From NCBI GenBank assembly GCA_032250835.1, contig JAVVEA010000012.1:52517-116516 (forward strand): DNA of 64,000 bases, given 5' to 3'. This DNA is from a bacterium (GTDB lineage Bacteria > SAR324 > XYD2-FULL-50-16). The notes below the pieces were generated by a model. It saw only the letters and a list, made by a program, of their open reading frames with translations, was not told the DNA's origin and did no database searches. How positions within the stretch are numbered: position 1 is the stretch's first letter; the number at the start of each line of letters is the position of its first letter. The translations under genes were made by a program, and so were the position numbers. This document shows positions 50,990-61,080 of the stretch, piece by piece.

Positions 50990-51421
50990 TCAGCTCCCTA
51001 GTTCTTGGTCGGCCAAGGACTGCAACCGTTTTTCTAAGGCCACGAAGGCCCCAAAATAGTCCTGCTTGATGGCCGCCACAATCGCCTGGGCCGTTTCTTG
51101 GTTGTAGGTATGGGAAGTTAGGTTTCGTTTTTCGATCATATCCATCCAGATAGTCCCCGCTTGCTCCGTGTCCCCCAGTAATCCTTGGCTAAAAGCCCTC
51201 CGGCTCACGTCTTTGGAGCCAAAAAGATCGGTCGCCCCTTTGTCTACCAAGAAGTCTTTGAGGGTCTTCCAGGCCAGTTCATGGTTGTACTCAAAGGCCT
51301 GAATCAAGCCCTGTTTTTCCAGGTCGTTGAGCTGCCCCTGGGCGATGAATTGGTTCAACTGCGCCAGGGCCTTCTTAAAATTGGAAAACCGCTGAATCCA
51401 GCGGATGTCTTTTGTACTCAT
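50990..51421 (-). CDS. HEPN protein, HI0074-like (HepT-like toxin)
   Basis: GLIQAFEY..ELAWK and RNLTSHTY (Rx4HxY). Confidence 0.88.
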   Translation of the reverse strand: MSTKDIRWIQRFSNFKKALAQLNQFIAQGQLNDLEKQGLIQAFEYNHELAWKTLKDFLVDKGATDLFGSKDVSRRAFSQGLLGDTEQAGTIWMDMIEKRNLTSHTYNQETAQAIVAAIKQDYFGAFVALEKRLQSLADQELGS

Positions 51422-51505
51422 CACCAATCTATCGGTTACTAGGTTTAGGTAACAGGTTCAGATAAAAGATGCTCATAAATAGGCTTAACGTTTTGCACCC
51501 AAAAG

Positions 51506-52657
51506 CTAAACAAACATCTGCTGGAGCAGGCCTTTTTTGAAGGTCTCGGTTTGGGTCAGTTGGGTTTGGGTGGCTTCGATTTTTTGGTCGAGGCTGGTCA
51601 GGAAGTCGGCGATTTTTTGTTGTTCTAATTTGCACGGGATTTTAAACTTTATTGGTGCCAGCATTGGGTACTTGAGATTCCATGTATCAGAAGTTAGCCC
51701 TTGAGAGTGCCGCTGAAAAATAAAAACTACCTCTCTCATTTTAAAAAAGTATCCAAAATACTTTGAATGAGTCTCACTTTTTGGAATTATAACTGTGTAG
51801 GCTGGACTAACTATACCTTCATATTGACTGACTCCACTTGCCCCCTGCCACATTCTCATCGAATTGTACGCAATATCATCTGGTAAAACCCTTTTATACT
51901 TGCTTTTATCACTATTAGAGTTGTCGATTTTGTCGACATCTACTTGCCGAATGACCCCTTTTTTAAGGGTTACCGAGAGCAAGTCCAAATCTGTATAGCT
52001 ATTTTCTGTTCTTTGATCAAAAATTTCCCCCAAACGCTTCTCTTCCCAATCCGGGAAGGGGTGGCCTTGGTCGTCTTGGAAGCGGAGTTCTTGGGAGAAG
52101 AGTTTTTGCATCACCCCTTTTTTGTAGGCTTCCAACAGCTCCTTTTTGCGGCGAAGCTGCCCAATCCGCTTATCCACCGCCGACAAAAAACTAGCGATTT
52201 TTTGTTGTTCGTCGGCAGATGGAACAACCAGCTTCACCTTGAGCAGTTTATTTACGGCTAATCCTGGCTGTGCAGAGGATTCTGAAAGGCGATTGAGTTG
52301 AAAGTAATCCAGCTTTTGAGCGAGCCATTCAGTACAAGCCTCAGCGTTGGCCTGCACTGCAATGGCATGTTCAGAAATGTAGGCCTTTCCAAAAGTTCGG
52401 TTGATACACCCACAAAGAGCACCCTGTCGCCCAATTAACACATAAAAACCTTCATGGTTATATTCATCTGTATACCCCCTCAAACCATTACCTCCAAAAA
52501 CGGGATACGTTCCTTCCTCAGTAATCTGCTCTGAAGTAATCCCGATTCCGCTTTTAAAAGTTGAACAAATCTCACCTAGTTGCTTTTCTTTCCACTCCCC
52601 ACTGAACCCCGGAAACCGCAGCTCAGGCGTCAACTTTTCTGAGTGTTTCCGGCTCAT
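51506..52657 (-). CDS. hsdS: Type I R-M specificity subunit S
   Basis: PELRFP; two AT-rich TRDs each followed by EQQKIA..L..D; KKGLLQQMF. Confidence 0.95.
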   Translation of the reverse strand: MSRKHSEKLTPELRFPGFSGEWKEKQLGEICSTFKSGIGITSEQITEEGTYPVFGGNGLRGYTDEYNHEGFYVLIGRQGALCGCINRTFGKAYISEHAIAVQANAEACTEWLAQKLDYFQLNRLSESSAQPGLAVNKLLKVKLVVPSADEQQKIASFLSAVDKRIGQLRRKKELLEAYKKGVMQKLFSQELRFQDDQGHPFPDWEEKRLGEIFDQRTENSYTDLDLLSVTLKKGVIRQVDVDKIDNSNSDKSKYKRVLPDDIAYNSMRMWQGASGVSQYEGIVSPAYTVIIPKSETHSKYFGYFFKMREVVFIFQRHSQGLTSDTWNLKYPMLAPIKFKIPCKLEQQKIADFLTSLDQKIEATQTQLTQTETFKKGLLQQMFV

Positions 52658-54261
52658 TTGCTTCCCACCCTAAAAGGCGGAGCAATCCCCAATTCAGCAC
52701 AAAAGCCCGCAATCACTTGGTCAGTCTGGGCCATATCTTCTTCCAAGCCTGCCAACTCTTGGCTCACCGCTTCCAAATCCACCGATTCCTCTTCTTCAAA
52801 GGTATCCACGTACCGGGGGATATTCAGGTTGTGATCGTTTTCCCGAACCTCGTCCAAGCTGGCCACATAGCTGAACTTCTCGACCTCTTGGCGCTCCCGG
52901 TAGGCGTCCACGATCCTTTTTATGTCTTCGTCGCGCAAAACGTTTTGGGTCGCCACCTTATCAAAGTGCTGGCTCGCATCAACAAACAAAACATCCCCTT
53001 GATGCTCCCGCCCCTTTTGGCAAACCAAGATACAGGTGGGGATGCTGGTCCCGTAAAAGATATTGGCCGGGAGGCCGATCACCGCATCGAGGCAGTTGAG
53101 TTCTTCGATCATATACTTGCGGATATGTCCCTCGGCGGCACCCCGAAACAAGACCCCATGGGGCAGCACCACCGCCAACCGGCCCCCTTCTTCTAACTGG
53201 TAAACCATATGCTGCACAAAGGCGAAGTCGGCCTTACCGGCAGGGGCTAACTTGCCGTAGCCTGCAAAGCGCTCGTCTGTCTCTAATAGCCTACTAGCGC
53301 TCCAATGGGCCGAGAAGGGGGGATTGGCGACGATGGCCTCAAAGCGTTGGTCTCGGTGCTGGGGGTGCTCTAGGGTGTCTTCGTTCTTGATGTCGAAGCG
53401 CCGGTAATGCACATCGTGCATGATCAGGTTCATGCGGCAGAGGTTATAGGTGGTGGGGTTGGATTCCTGGCCGAAATACTGAAGCCCCTTATTATCCTTT
53501 AACTGCTTTGCCACCCGCAACAGCAACGAACCAGACCCGCAGGTCGGGTCGTAGACCGTCTTGAGTTTGTCTTTGCCGGTGGTCACCAAGCCCGCCAAGA
53601 CCCGCGACACCTCTTGGGGCGTGTAAAACTCCCCGGCCTTTTTCCCGGCTCCGCTGGCGAACTTGCCGATCAGGTATTCATAGGCATCGCCCAAAACATC
53701 TGAATCCGCATCACCGATGCGAAAATCAATCTCTTCTAGGTGGGTCATGATCTTGACCACCAGTTCGTTTTTGGCGGCTACCGTCTTGCCCAGTTTGCTG
53801 CTGGTAAGGTCCATGTCTTCAAAAAGGTGGTCGAACTCCTCTTCGGACTCATGGCCCATGGTGGATAGGGCAATGTTGTTGAGCACCTTTTCTAGGTCTT
53901 CTAAAATGAAGTGGTCCTGTTTGCCGTCCTTTTCCTCTCCCTCGCCTTCCTGTTTCTTTTTGCCCTTTAAAGTAATGGCCCCGAACAGCTCCGAAGGGGC
54001 CAGAAAGTAGCCCAGGTTTTCCAGCGCTGCGTCGCGGATGGCTTCTAGGTATGCTTTGGCCTGAGGTAAGTTTTCTACGGAGTGATAGTTCAAACCGTCG
54101 GGCTGCAAAATCTCGTTGGCGTAAGCATGCATCTTCTCAGAGAGGTACTTATAAAAAATGAAGCCCAAGATATAGTCCCGGAAATCATCGGCCCCCATTC
54201 TTCCGCGCAGGGTGTTGGCAATGTCCCAAAGGCGTTGTTCTAGTTTTTGCTTGTCATTCAT
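52654..54261 (-). CDS. hsdM: Type I R-M methyltransferase subunit M
   Basis: LWDIANTLRG, GEFYTP, DPTCGSG, NPPF, NLNIPRYV; ATG 54261. Confidence 0.96.
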   Translation of the reverse strand: MNDKQKLEQRLWDIANTLRGRMGADDFRDYILGFIFYKYLSEKMHAYANEILQPDGLNYHSVENLPQAKAYLEAIRDAALENLGYFLAPSELFGAITLKGKKKQEGEGEEKDGKQDHFILEDLEKVLNNIALSTMGHESEEEFDHLFEDMDLTSSKLGKTVAAKNELVVKIMTHLEEIDFRIGDADSDVLGDAYEYLIGKFASGAGKKAGEFYTPQEVSRVLAGLVTTGKDKLKTVYDPTCGSGSLLLRVAKQLKDNKGLQYFGQESNPTTYNLCRMNLIMHDVHYRRFDIKNEDTLEHPQHRDQRFEAIVANPPFSAHWSASRLLETDERFAGYGKLAPAGKADFAFVQHMVYQLEEGGRLAVVLPHGVLFRGAAEGHIRKYMIEELNCLDAVIGLPANIFYGTSIPTCILVCQKGREHQGDVLFVDASQHFDKVATQNVLRDEDIKRIVDAYRERQEVEKFSYVASLDEVRENDHNLNIPRYVDTFEEEESVDLEAVSQELAGLEEDMAQTDQVIAGFCAELGIAPPFRVGSK

Positions 54262-54470
54262 CGCTGGTCCTTCAGCATTTTTTTTCAAATACACCGGCAA
54301 GACGCAGCCCTGCCTTAGGTTTGATAGCCTGTTTGGGCCGAAGCTGACAAGGATAAGGGGACACAAATCCCCCAGCCAGGCTGCAAATATTAGCCACCTC
54401 CGGCTTGTCGAATCGGCTGGGTCTGGGGTAAGAAATATTCTTTTACAAAACAATCTACTGAACGCACCTT

Positions 54471-55574
54471 ATGCGCTGTCCTCACTGCAAAACCCCTCTG
54501 GAAGGGGATTTGACGACTCATCAAGCTTGTTTTAAAGAAATGGAGGCCGCACTGGCCGCCCAGAAGTCGCTACCTGATCTTTGGGATGGATTTGACTTAG
54601 AAATGGGCGAGACGCCGCTGCTTCAATGTGGGGCCGTCCTGGTAGACCTGGACCTAGCCAGCGAATTTTTAAAGCCCAAGGAATTAGACCTGCCCGAAGT
54701 CGACATGCAGGACCTAGTCTACCGGCGGCAACTCGAAAACGGCATGCTGGGGCCCGAGTTAGAAGAAATCTTTCTGGACGGCGACCTACACCTAAGTGAC
54801 CGAAGGATTCAGTTTGATTCGGGCGACCTGCTGGAAACGACCCTATTTTCTCTAAAAGAAATCTCCGCCCGGCCCGAAGGGGTGAGGTTTGTGGAGCAGG
54901 CGGGCATCTACCAGCACCGCTGGGCCCTGTTGCCCATTTTGCCTGAACACCAAGATCAGATCCTTGGGCTGCTCCAGCGCTACGCCCACCAAGAATCCTC
55001 GGCCAAGTTAACCCAAACCGAGGTGTCAGCGCCCAACCCAGAACCGCAGGGGCCCAAGTCGGCACTGGCGCTGTTAAATATCTTTGGGGAAATCAAAGGG
55101 CCCAATATTTTGGCTAAGTTGGCGGCCTATGAGGAAAGCCTCAAGCCCAAGGGGGCGGCAGAGCCCCAACCAGCGCAACCCAAGCAAGCATCCCAGGGCC
55201 AACCCAAGTCGGCCTTTAAACTCTTTGATTTTTGGTCTACCCAAGAAAAGCCCGAGTTGGCCCAGAAGTTGGACGTCCACCGGAGGCGCGTAGGGGAATT
55301 GAGGCAAGGACTTTGGGGGAATCGAAAAAGCTCCTGGTTGGGCGCTAAATTACAGGCCTCGCTGGACCAGTCCAAAGCAGAGCTAAAGGAAACCTTCGCT
55401 GGCGACAAAACCAGCCTCTTCTTCCAGGTAGGTATCTTTTCGGGCCTGCTCAGCTTGAGTATCCCTTGGCTTTTGGTCCTTCTCTTTGCCCTTGCCGCGC
55501 TGGTCGTCCTGGCCATTGATCAGGTCTTTCCGGGCTTTTATGACGCCACCATGGCCTGGATCGATTCGCTATAG
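54471..55574 (+). CDS. Hypothetical protein with N-terminal Cys/His cluster and C-terminal TM segments
   Basis: CPHC..HQAC, GDLHLSDRRIQF, two PKSA-initiated repeats, hydrophobic C-terminus. Confidence 0.7.
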   Translation: MRCPHCKTPLEGDLTTHQACFKEMEAALAAQKSLPDLWDGFDLEMGETPLLQCGAVLVDLDLASEFLKPKELDLPEVDMQDLVYRRQLENGMLGPELEEIFLDGDLHLSDRRIQFDSGDLLETTLFSLKEISARPEGVRFVEQAGIYQHRWALLPILPEHQDQILGLLQRYAHQESSAKLTQTEVSAPNPEPQGPKSALALLNIFGEIKGPNILAKLAAYEESLKPKGAAEPQPAQPKQASQGQPKSAFKLFDFWSTQEKPELAQKLDVHRRRVGELRQGLWGNRKSSWLGAKLQASLDQSKAELKETFAGDKTSLFFQVGIFSGLLSLSIPWLLVLLFALAALVVLAIDQVFPGFYDATMAWIDSL

Positions 55575-55583
55575 GCCCGTTCA

Positions 55584-55784
55584 CTAATTCAAGCCCAACC
55601 ACCCCAACCAGACGCCAGCGGCTTCCTCTAGGGGTAACAACGCGCCGGGAAACAGCCATTCAATCAACATAACAGGGATCAACAGCAGCGCCACTAAAAC
55701 AAAAAGCAAGAACGGAGAGGCCCACCAAAGCACCGCAAAGGCCGCCAAGTCTCCCAGGAAGCCCCAGGGGGATTTTTCGCTCAA
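55584..55784 (-). CDS. Small hypothetical membrane protein
   Basis: 66-aa hydrophobic ORF with GGAGG RBS and TTG start. Confidence 0.5.
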   Translation of the reverse strand: MSEKSPWGFLGDLAAFAVLWWASPFLLFVLVALLLIPVMLIEWLFPGALLPLEEAAGVWLGWLGLN

Positions 55785-55820
55785 CAGCTCACCTCCACCT
55801 CAAGATTGCGGCCATTGCCC

Positions 55821-56168
55821 CTACCCCTTCACCTTAAAGCCCAACTCCACCAACATCCCCCGCAGGTCCTCAAGGCGGTTCCCTTGAAATTCCAGGTGCG
55901 CTGTTGGGCCCTCCTCTTTATAGGCCCCGCCGGTGCCGAGGCGGGTTTTTAGCTCCTTCATCAGGCGTTTAAAATAGGGCGGGTTGTGGGGCAATTCCAA
56001 GACCAAGCTCACGCCCTTGCCGCCGCGCCCTTTCTTTTCATATTGCAGCTTGAGGGTACATTGGCCGGGCTCGACCTCCGCCAACGCGGCTTGGCCCCCT
56101 TTGGACTTCTTTTTAGAAAGGTCCTGACCCTTCTGGGCAGTACTGTAAACCAGGTCTTCGTCGTTCAT
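55821..56168 (-). CDS. yciH: SUI1/YciH translation initiation factor homolog
   Basis: LVYST, KGRGGKGV, LKTRLGTGG, EFQG. Confidence 0.88.
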   Translation of the reverse strand: MNDEDLVYSTAQKGQDLSKKKSKGGQAALAEVEPGQCTLKLQYEKKGRGGKGVSLVLELPHNPPYFKRLMKELKTRLGTGGAYKEEGPTAHLEFQGNRLEDLRGMLVELGFKVKG

Positions 56169-56332
56169 GGTAGGTGGTTGTTTGGTTTTGGTTTAGCCCA
56201 AAGGCTTGCCCCCTAGCTTGCCTGGGCTCCCGAGGCTTCGCAAGCCTTTTGAAAGCGCCTCTTTCCCTCCAAAACAGACATGCATCTAGCTGAACAAATT
56301 AGCATATTCAAAAAACATATTTACATTTTTTA

Positions 56333-56358
56333 AGTATTCAAGTAAACAATTGAATACT
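56333..56358. promoter_or_regulatory. Palindromic operator, probably for the ArsR-rhodanese regulator
   Basis: AGTATTCAA-N8-TTGAATACT, perfect IR about 45 nt upstream of the operon. Confidence 0.7.
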
Positions 56359-56403
56359 AGAGTTTGGGGCCCCTGGCCCTTTTGAGTCTACCTAAGGAGT
56401 GTG

Positions 56404-57249
56404 ATGAGCGAATGGTTACTGTCCCAAGAATTGGCGGTCCGGCTGGGCTTCTTTTTTGGTGTCTTTATCTTGGTCGCCCTGGCCGAGGCGGCCTTCCCCC
56501 GCCGAAAACGGCAATATAGCCGAAAACTCCGTTGGTATGCCAACATCGGCATCGTTTTCTTAAACAGCGCCATCGCCCGGTTGGTCTTGCCCATCCTACC
56601 CATGGTTTTGGCGGCCACCGCCGTCGAACGGGGCTGGGGACTGTTTAATATTCTGTCGGTGCCCTACTGGTTTGCCCTGATTGCTTCGGTGGTGTTGCTG
56701 GATTTTTTTATCTACCTGCAACACGTGATGGTTCATGCCGTACCGCTCCTTTGGCGGCTGCACCGCATGCACCACACCGATCTGGATTATGACGTGACCA
56801 CCGGGGCAAGGTTCCACCCCATCGAAATCTTGCTGTCTCTGGTCATCAAGTTGGCCTTGGTGTTGGTCCTGGGTCCGCCGGTGGTGGCCGTGCTGGCCTT
56901 TGAGGTGATTTTAAACGCCATGGCCATGTTCAACCACGGCAACCTAAAGCTGCCTCTGGGCCTCGACCGCTGGCTTCGGTGGGTGGTGATCACCCCCGAC
57001 TTCCACCGGGTCCACCACTCGACGGACCCCAAGGAAACGAACCGGAACTTTGGGTTTAATCTCTCTTGGTGGGACCGGCTCTTGGGTACCTACAAAGCCC
57101 AACCGGCCTTGGGGCATGAAGGGATGGAAATCGGGATCGATAAATTCCGCGAAGCCAAGTATTTGCATTTACACCAACTCCTTATGCAGCCCTTTTATCC
57201 TGAAGGCCAGTTTTACGCCTTCAACGACCTGCCCCAAAAGGACCAATGA
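56404..57249 (+). CDS. Sterol desaturase/fatty-acid hydroxylase family protein
   Basis: His boxes HVMVH, HRMHH, FNH, HRVHH; NFG..WDRL. Confidence 0.92.
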   Translation: MSEWLLSQELAVRLGFFFGVFILVALAEAAFPRRKRQYSRKLRWYANIGIVFLNSAIARLVLPILPMVLAATAVERGWGLFNILSVPYWFALIASVVLLDFFIYLQHVMVHAVPLLWRLHRMHHTDLDYDVTTGARFHPIEILLSLVIKLALVLVLGPPVVAVLAFEVILNAMAMFNHGNLKLPLGLDRWLRWVVITPDFHRVHHSTDPKETNRNFGFNLSWWDRLLGTYKAQPALGHEGMEIGIDKFREAKYLHLHQLLMQPFYPEGQFYAFNDLPQKDQ

Positions 57250-57911
57250 AGGCTTGGGCTCGCTGGATTCTATTGGGAATGCTGGCCCTGGGCATTGCCG
57301 GGGCCGCCTGGAACCGGGAGGTGTTGCTCGCACAGCCTTGGGCCCAATGGATCGCTAGTTTGGGCTGGGCTGGTCCGCTGGTGTTTATCGGGATTTACGC
57401 CTTAGCGACGCTGCTTTTTTTGCCCGGCCTGTTGCTGACCATGGCCGGTGGGGCGCTCTTTGGGTTCGGTTGGGGCAGTTTTTACAACCTTGCCGGGGCG
57501 ACCTTGGGGGCCGGGCTGTCTTTTTTGCTCGCCCGTTGGTTGCTGGCCGATTGGGTGGAAGCGAAACTGCAAGGTAAGTTAGCGCAACTCAAAAGCGGCG
57601 TAGACCGACAGGGTTGGTGGTTTGTAGCCATGGTCCGCTTGGTGCCGATCTTTCCCTTTAACCTACTGAACTACGCCTTAGGTCTGACGGGCATAGGCTT
57701 CTGGCGCTACCTGTTGACCAGCTACGTGACCATGCTGCCCGGTGCGATGGTCTATACCTACCTGGGCGTCTTGGGCAAAGATGCCCTTTCGAGCCAGGCC
57801 GGTTTGGCCCAGTGGGGCCCTGAATTGTTGATGGCGCTGGGGTCTCTGGCCCTACTCATCTACGTCCCCAAATTCTTTTTTTTCAACCAAAAGAGCCTCA
57901 CCAGCTCCTGA
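57246..57911 (+). CDS. TVP38/TMEM64 (DedA/VTT) membrane protein
   Basis: LPG..LT.AGGALFG, RLVPIFPFNLLNYALG. Confidence 0.92.
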   Translation: MKAWARWILLGMLALGIAGAAWNREVLLAQPWAQWIASLGWAGPLVFIGIYALATLLFLPGLLLTMAGGALFGFGWGSFYNLAGATLGAGLSFLLARWLLADWVEAKLQGKLAQLKSGVDRQGWWFVAMVRLVPIFPFNLLNYALGLTGIGFWRYLLTSYVTMLPGAMVYTYLGVLGKDALSSQAGLAQWGPELLMALGSLALLIYVPKFFFFNQKSLTSS

Positions 57912-57930
57912 ATTGTCAGTAGGTCCGCCC

Positions 57931-58584
57931 ATGTCTGAGTTCAAACACCAACTAAACGCCCAATTCGCCAAGGTGGCCAAGGCGCTGGGCCATGCCAACC
58001 GGTTGGAGATTTTAGATTATCTATCCCAGCGCGAGCATAGCGTCGAATCTTTGACCCAAGTTTCGGGGATCTCATACGCCAATTGCTCGCAGCACCTACA
58101 ACAGCTCAAGGCGGTCGGGCTGGTGAGCAACCGCAAAGAGGGGCAACATGTTTATTATCAAGTTGCCAACCAGTTGGTGTATGACTGCATCGATGCCCTG
58201 CAACGCTTGGCGCACCACAACCTAGCCGAGGTGGACCGGCTGGTGGACCAACACCTAAACCACAAAGACCACCTAGAACCGATCTCTAGCGAAGAACTGA
58301 TGGCGCGCCTCAAGGATGACTTGGTCACGCTGATCGACGTACGTCCCGCCGAGGAATACCAAGCCGGGCATATCGCCGGAGCACTCAACGTGACGCTGGC
58401 CGAGCTAGAAGGCTTTGTGGAGCAACACCAGGCCCACAAAGAAGTGATCGCCTACTGCCGGGGGCCTTACTGCGTCTTGTCTTTTGAAGCCGTAGAACGA
58501 CTGCGCGCCTTGGGCATACCCAGCCACCGCCTCGAAGCAGGTTTCCCGCAGTGGCAGCTTGAGGGGCTTCCGGTAGAAAGCTAA
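57931..58584 (+). CDS. ArsR/SmtB regulator fused to a rhodanese domain
   Basis: KALGH..RLEIL, SQHLQQL; DVRP..EY..GHI, YCRGPYC. Confidence 0.92.
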   Translation: MSEFKHQLNAQFAKVAKALGHANRLEILDYLSQREHSVESLTQVSGISYANCSQHLQQLKAVGLVSNRKEGQHVYYQVANQLVYDCIDALQRLAHHNLAEVDRLVDQHLNHKDHLEPISSEELMARLKDDLVTLIDVRPAEEYQAGHIAGALNVTLAELEGFVEQHQAHKEVIAYCRGPYCVLSFEAVERLRALGIPSHRLEAGFPQWQLEGLPVES

Positions 58585-59045
58585 AGCCGAGAGGTTTTTA
58601 GGTATGGGCTGTGAACAGGGAATAAGATACCTACCAGGGGCATACCCCCAGCAATTGACTAGCTCATCCCGCCAGTTCTGAGGGGAGTAAAAAATTTATA
58701 AACTAGTTCACTATTTGCCTTGGCAGGTTATTGGCCTGGAAACCCGTTATTGTTAGAACTCCGTTTTTGTGCCCCCTTTCTGCCCGACTCAAAGGCCACA
58801 AAAACTCTGAAATTCCAGTTAAATAATTGCGGCAAAAGGCTTTTTTCTGAGCCCGCAATAAGTTATTTTTAGCGGGGGTATAGATAGGTAAATTATTGGT
58901 ATAGTTTATTTATCGTGACATTATCAAAAACCGGTTAATGGCCAAGAGTAAAGCCTTTACGGCCGCGTTGTTATTTTTTCCAAAAAAGAAATTGATCTTT
59001 AAATTCGAAATAAAATAGGCTGCTCGAAACCTTATGTAGCGGCAT

Positions 59046-60266
59046 ATGAATATTCAAAAAATTACCCTGTTCGGCTTTTTGATGGCCAGCTTGGTCACCC
59101 AGACGGCTCTGGCCCAGGATACGGCGGCACCGGCGCAAGCCGCTGCGGCGAGCCTAGGCAGCGAGAAGCGCTATAGCGACGTGATGATCTATTCCCCGAG
59201 CCACGGCGGCACCGGGGGCGTGGTCGAAACAACCCAAACCCAAGGGCGGATCGAAATCGCCATCAGCGCCTTCGCCAACATCCGCAGCGTCAGCATCAAC
59301 CAACAAAAACAAACGACCCAACAGCCCAGTTTTGCCACCTATTCGGTGCCCTATTCGATTGGAAAGGGAGCGCAGACCATCGAAGTGGAGGTGATCACCG
59401 ATCAGGGGACCTACCGCCAGCGATTTGAGCTAAAAACGCCGACCCCGGTGGAGCCGGAGACCGAAAAAACCGTTAAAAAGCCTTGGGAACTGGTGGCCCT
59501 GGCGGGGCTGGGTAGCGAATCAACTAGCCTAGACATCGACGGCACCAACTTCGATTCAACCTCAGGCACCTATACCTTTTACAGCGTTGCCCCGGTTTAC
59601 AACCTCTTCGCCAAAGACCTCCGCTTCAGTGGCCTTTTGTATTCGCGCAGCCCTGCCGAAGGCAAGAGCACCGGCCTGACCAGCGCCGATGTTACCTGGA
59701 ACCAGCCCTGGGGCTTTGCGGGCTTTACGATCAACCAGATTAAGGTAGACGGTGCCAGCGCCGAGAACCAAAACCTGATCCGAGGCGGCACCGAACGAAC
59801 CTTTTGGAAGGGCGTAGACACCGCCCTAGAGGCGCGCTACGTCACCAAGGGATTTGAAGGCGGCGAGACCAGCAGCGGCTATTACCTCAAAGCCGAAAAC
59901 ACCCACCTGCTCGACAAAAAACGCTACGGCTACCACCTAGGCCTAGAAAACGAAAGCTACAGCAAAGCTTCGGTTTCCAAAAGCGCGCTCTTTTTCGGCG
60001 GCTTCTTTGGCTACCAATACACCGAGCGCGGCAGCTTTTCGGCAAGCTACAAAAACAAAAATTGGAGCAATAGCGGCAGCGGCCTGAGTGCCAATTATAG
60101 CCTCAGCACCACTGATTTGGGCTGGTTGCAGCACCTTACCTGGGGCCCAGAGCATTACGGGGCCTTTAACTGGATCAGCCGGACCTACACCGCCAGCGGC
60201 AGCAACCAATCGACCGTAACCGCCACCATTACCAGCTTACAGGCCAGCTACCTGTATCTATTTTGA
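59046..60266 (+). CDS. Hypothetical exported protein, small N-terminal beta domain plus probable outer-membrane barrel
   Basis: Signal peptide ALA-Q, amphipathic strands, C-terminal SYLYLF. Confidence 0.65.
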   Translation: MNIQKITLFGFLMASLVTQTALAQDTAAPAQAAAASLGSEKRYSDVMIYSPSHGGTGGVVETTQTQGRIEIAISAFANIRSVSINQQKQTTQQPSFATYSVPYSIGKGAQTIEVEVITDQGTYRQRFELKTPTPVEPETEKTVKKPWELVALAGLGSESTSLDIDGTNFDSTSGTYTFYSVAPVYNLFAKDLRFSGLLYSRSPAEGKSTGLTSADVTWNQPWGFAGFTINQIKVDGASAENQNLIRGGTERTFWKGVDTALEARYVTKGFEGGETSSGYYLKAENTHLLDKKRYGYHLGLENESYSKASVSKSALFFGGFFGYQYTERGSFSASYKNKNWSNSGSGLSANYSLSTTDLGWLQHLTWGPEHYGAFNWISRTYTASGSNQSTVTATITSLQASYLYLF

Positions 60267-60274
60267 GCGCCCCC

Positions 60275-61069
60275 ATGAACCGAATTCTACCGATCCTTCT
60301 TATCGCCCTCTTGTTGCCGCTTAGTGCCTGGGCGCAGTCCGTTGGGTTTGTGCAACTCACCTCCGGGCGGCTCAAGGTCTTTTCTGATCAGGGGTTTAAA
60401 ATCTTAGACCAGCCGAACCAGACCCTTCAGGTCTCTGCGGACGACCAAATCCAAACGGCCCAAGACAGCCGCGCGACCCTCTACCTGACCCAATACGGCA
60501 ACGCGGTTCAGCTCTACAGCCTGTCGATCATGCGGGTGCAGAAGGCCGATCCGGGGCAAACGCTATTGCAGGTGCCCGCAGGCAAGGCCTATTTTAAAGT
60601 GGACCCCCTTAAAAACCGGGCCCCCTTCCGGGTGCGCACCACCAACGCTATGGTCGGGGTCAAAGGCACCGAATTTGTGGTGGAAACAGACAGCCGCCGG
60701 ACCAACCTGTTGACCCTTAAGGGAAAAGTCACCTTTGAGGCGCTCAACCGAGCCGCCCAGGCCATTTCGGTTTCCGCGGACTTCGCCTCGCAGGTAATGG
60801 AAACCGCCCTGCCCCTGACCCCCGTGGCGGTGCCGCCGGATCAGATCGACTCGATCTTAAAGGCCGACACCAACGCGGGATGGGACGTCCCCGGCCTCTC
60901 TAGCGGCGAACCCGCGCCAGGAGCCAAGAAAAACGGCTTCCAAGCCGAAAAGGCCCGTGCCCAGGTAGATGACCCCTTAGCCGAGGTGTCTTCCGAATCC
61001 ACTGGCAGCAGTTATTCCAGCGGGCCCCAGGCCTCGCCGGTCATCACCTGGACCATCACCGTTGAGTAA
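60275..61069 (+). CDS. Periplasmic FecR-domain protein
   Basis: Signal peptide AWA-Q; DQIQT..SRA, FRVRTTNAMVGVKGTEF. Confidence 0.8.
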   Translation: MNRILPILLIALLLPLSAWAQSVGFVQLTSGRLKVFSDQGFKILDQPNQTLQVSADDQIQTAQDSRATLYLTQYGNAVQLYSLSIMRVQKADPGQTLLQVPAGKAYFKVDPLKNRAPFRVRTTNAMVGVKGTEFVVETDSRRTNLLTLKGKVTFEALNRAAQAISVSADFASQVMETALPLTPVAVPPDQIDSILKADTNAGWDVPGLSSGEPAPGAKKNGFQAEKARAQVDDPLAEVSSESTGSSYSSGPQASPVITWTITVE

Positions 61070-61080
61070 AGAGGACCCAA

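Noticed and set aside
51530-52210. Repeats in hsdS as shufflon-type phase variation
   Set aside because: They are the ordinary direct conserved regions between TRDs; no inverted repeats, silent hsdS or recombinase.
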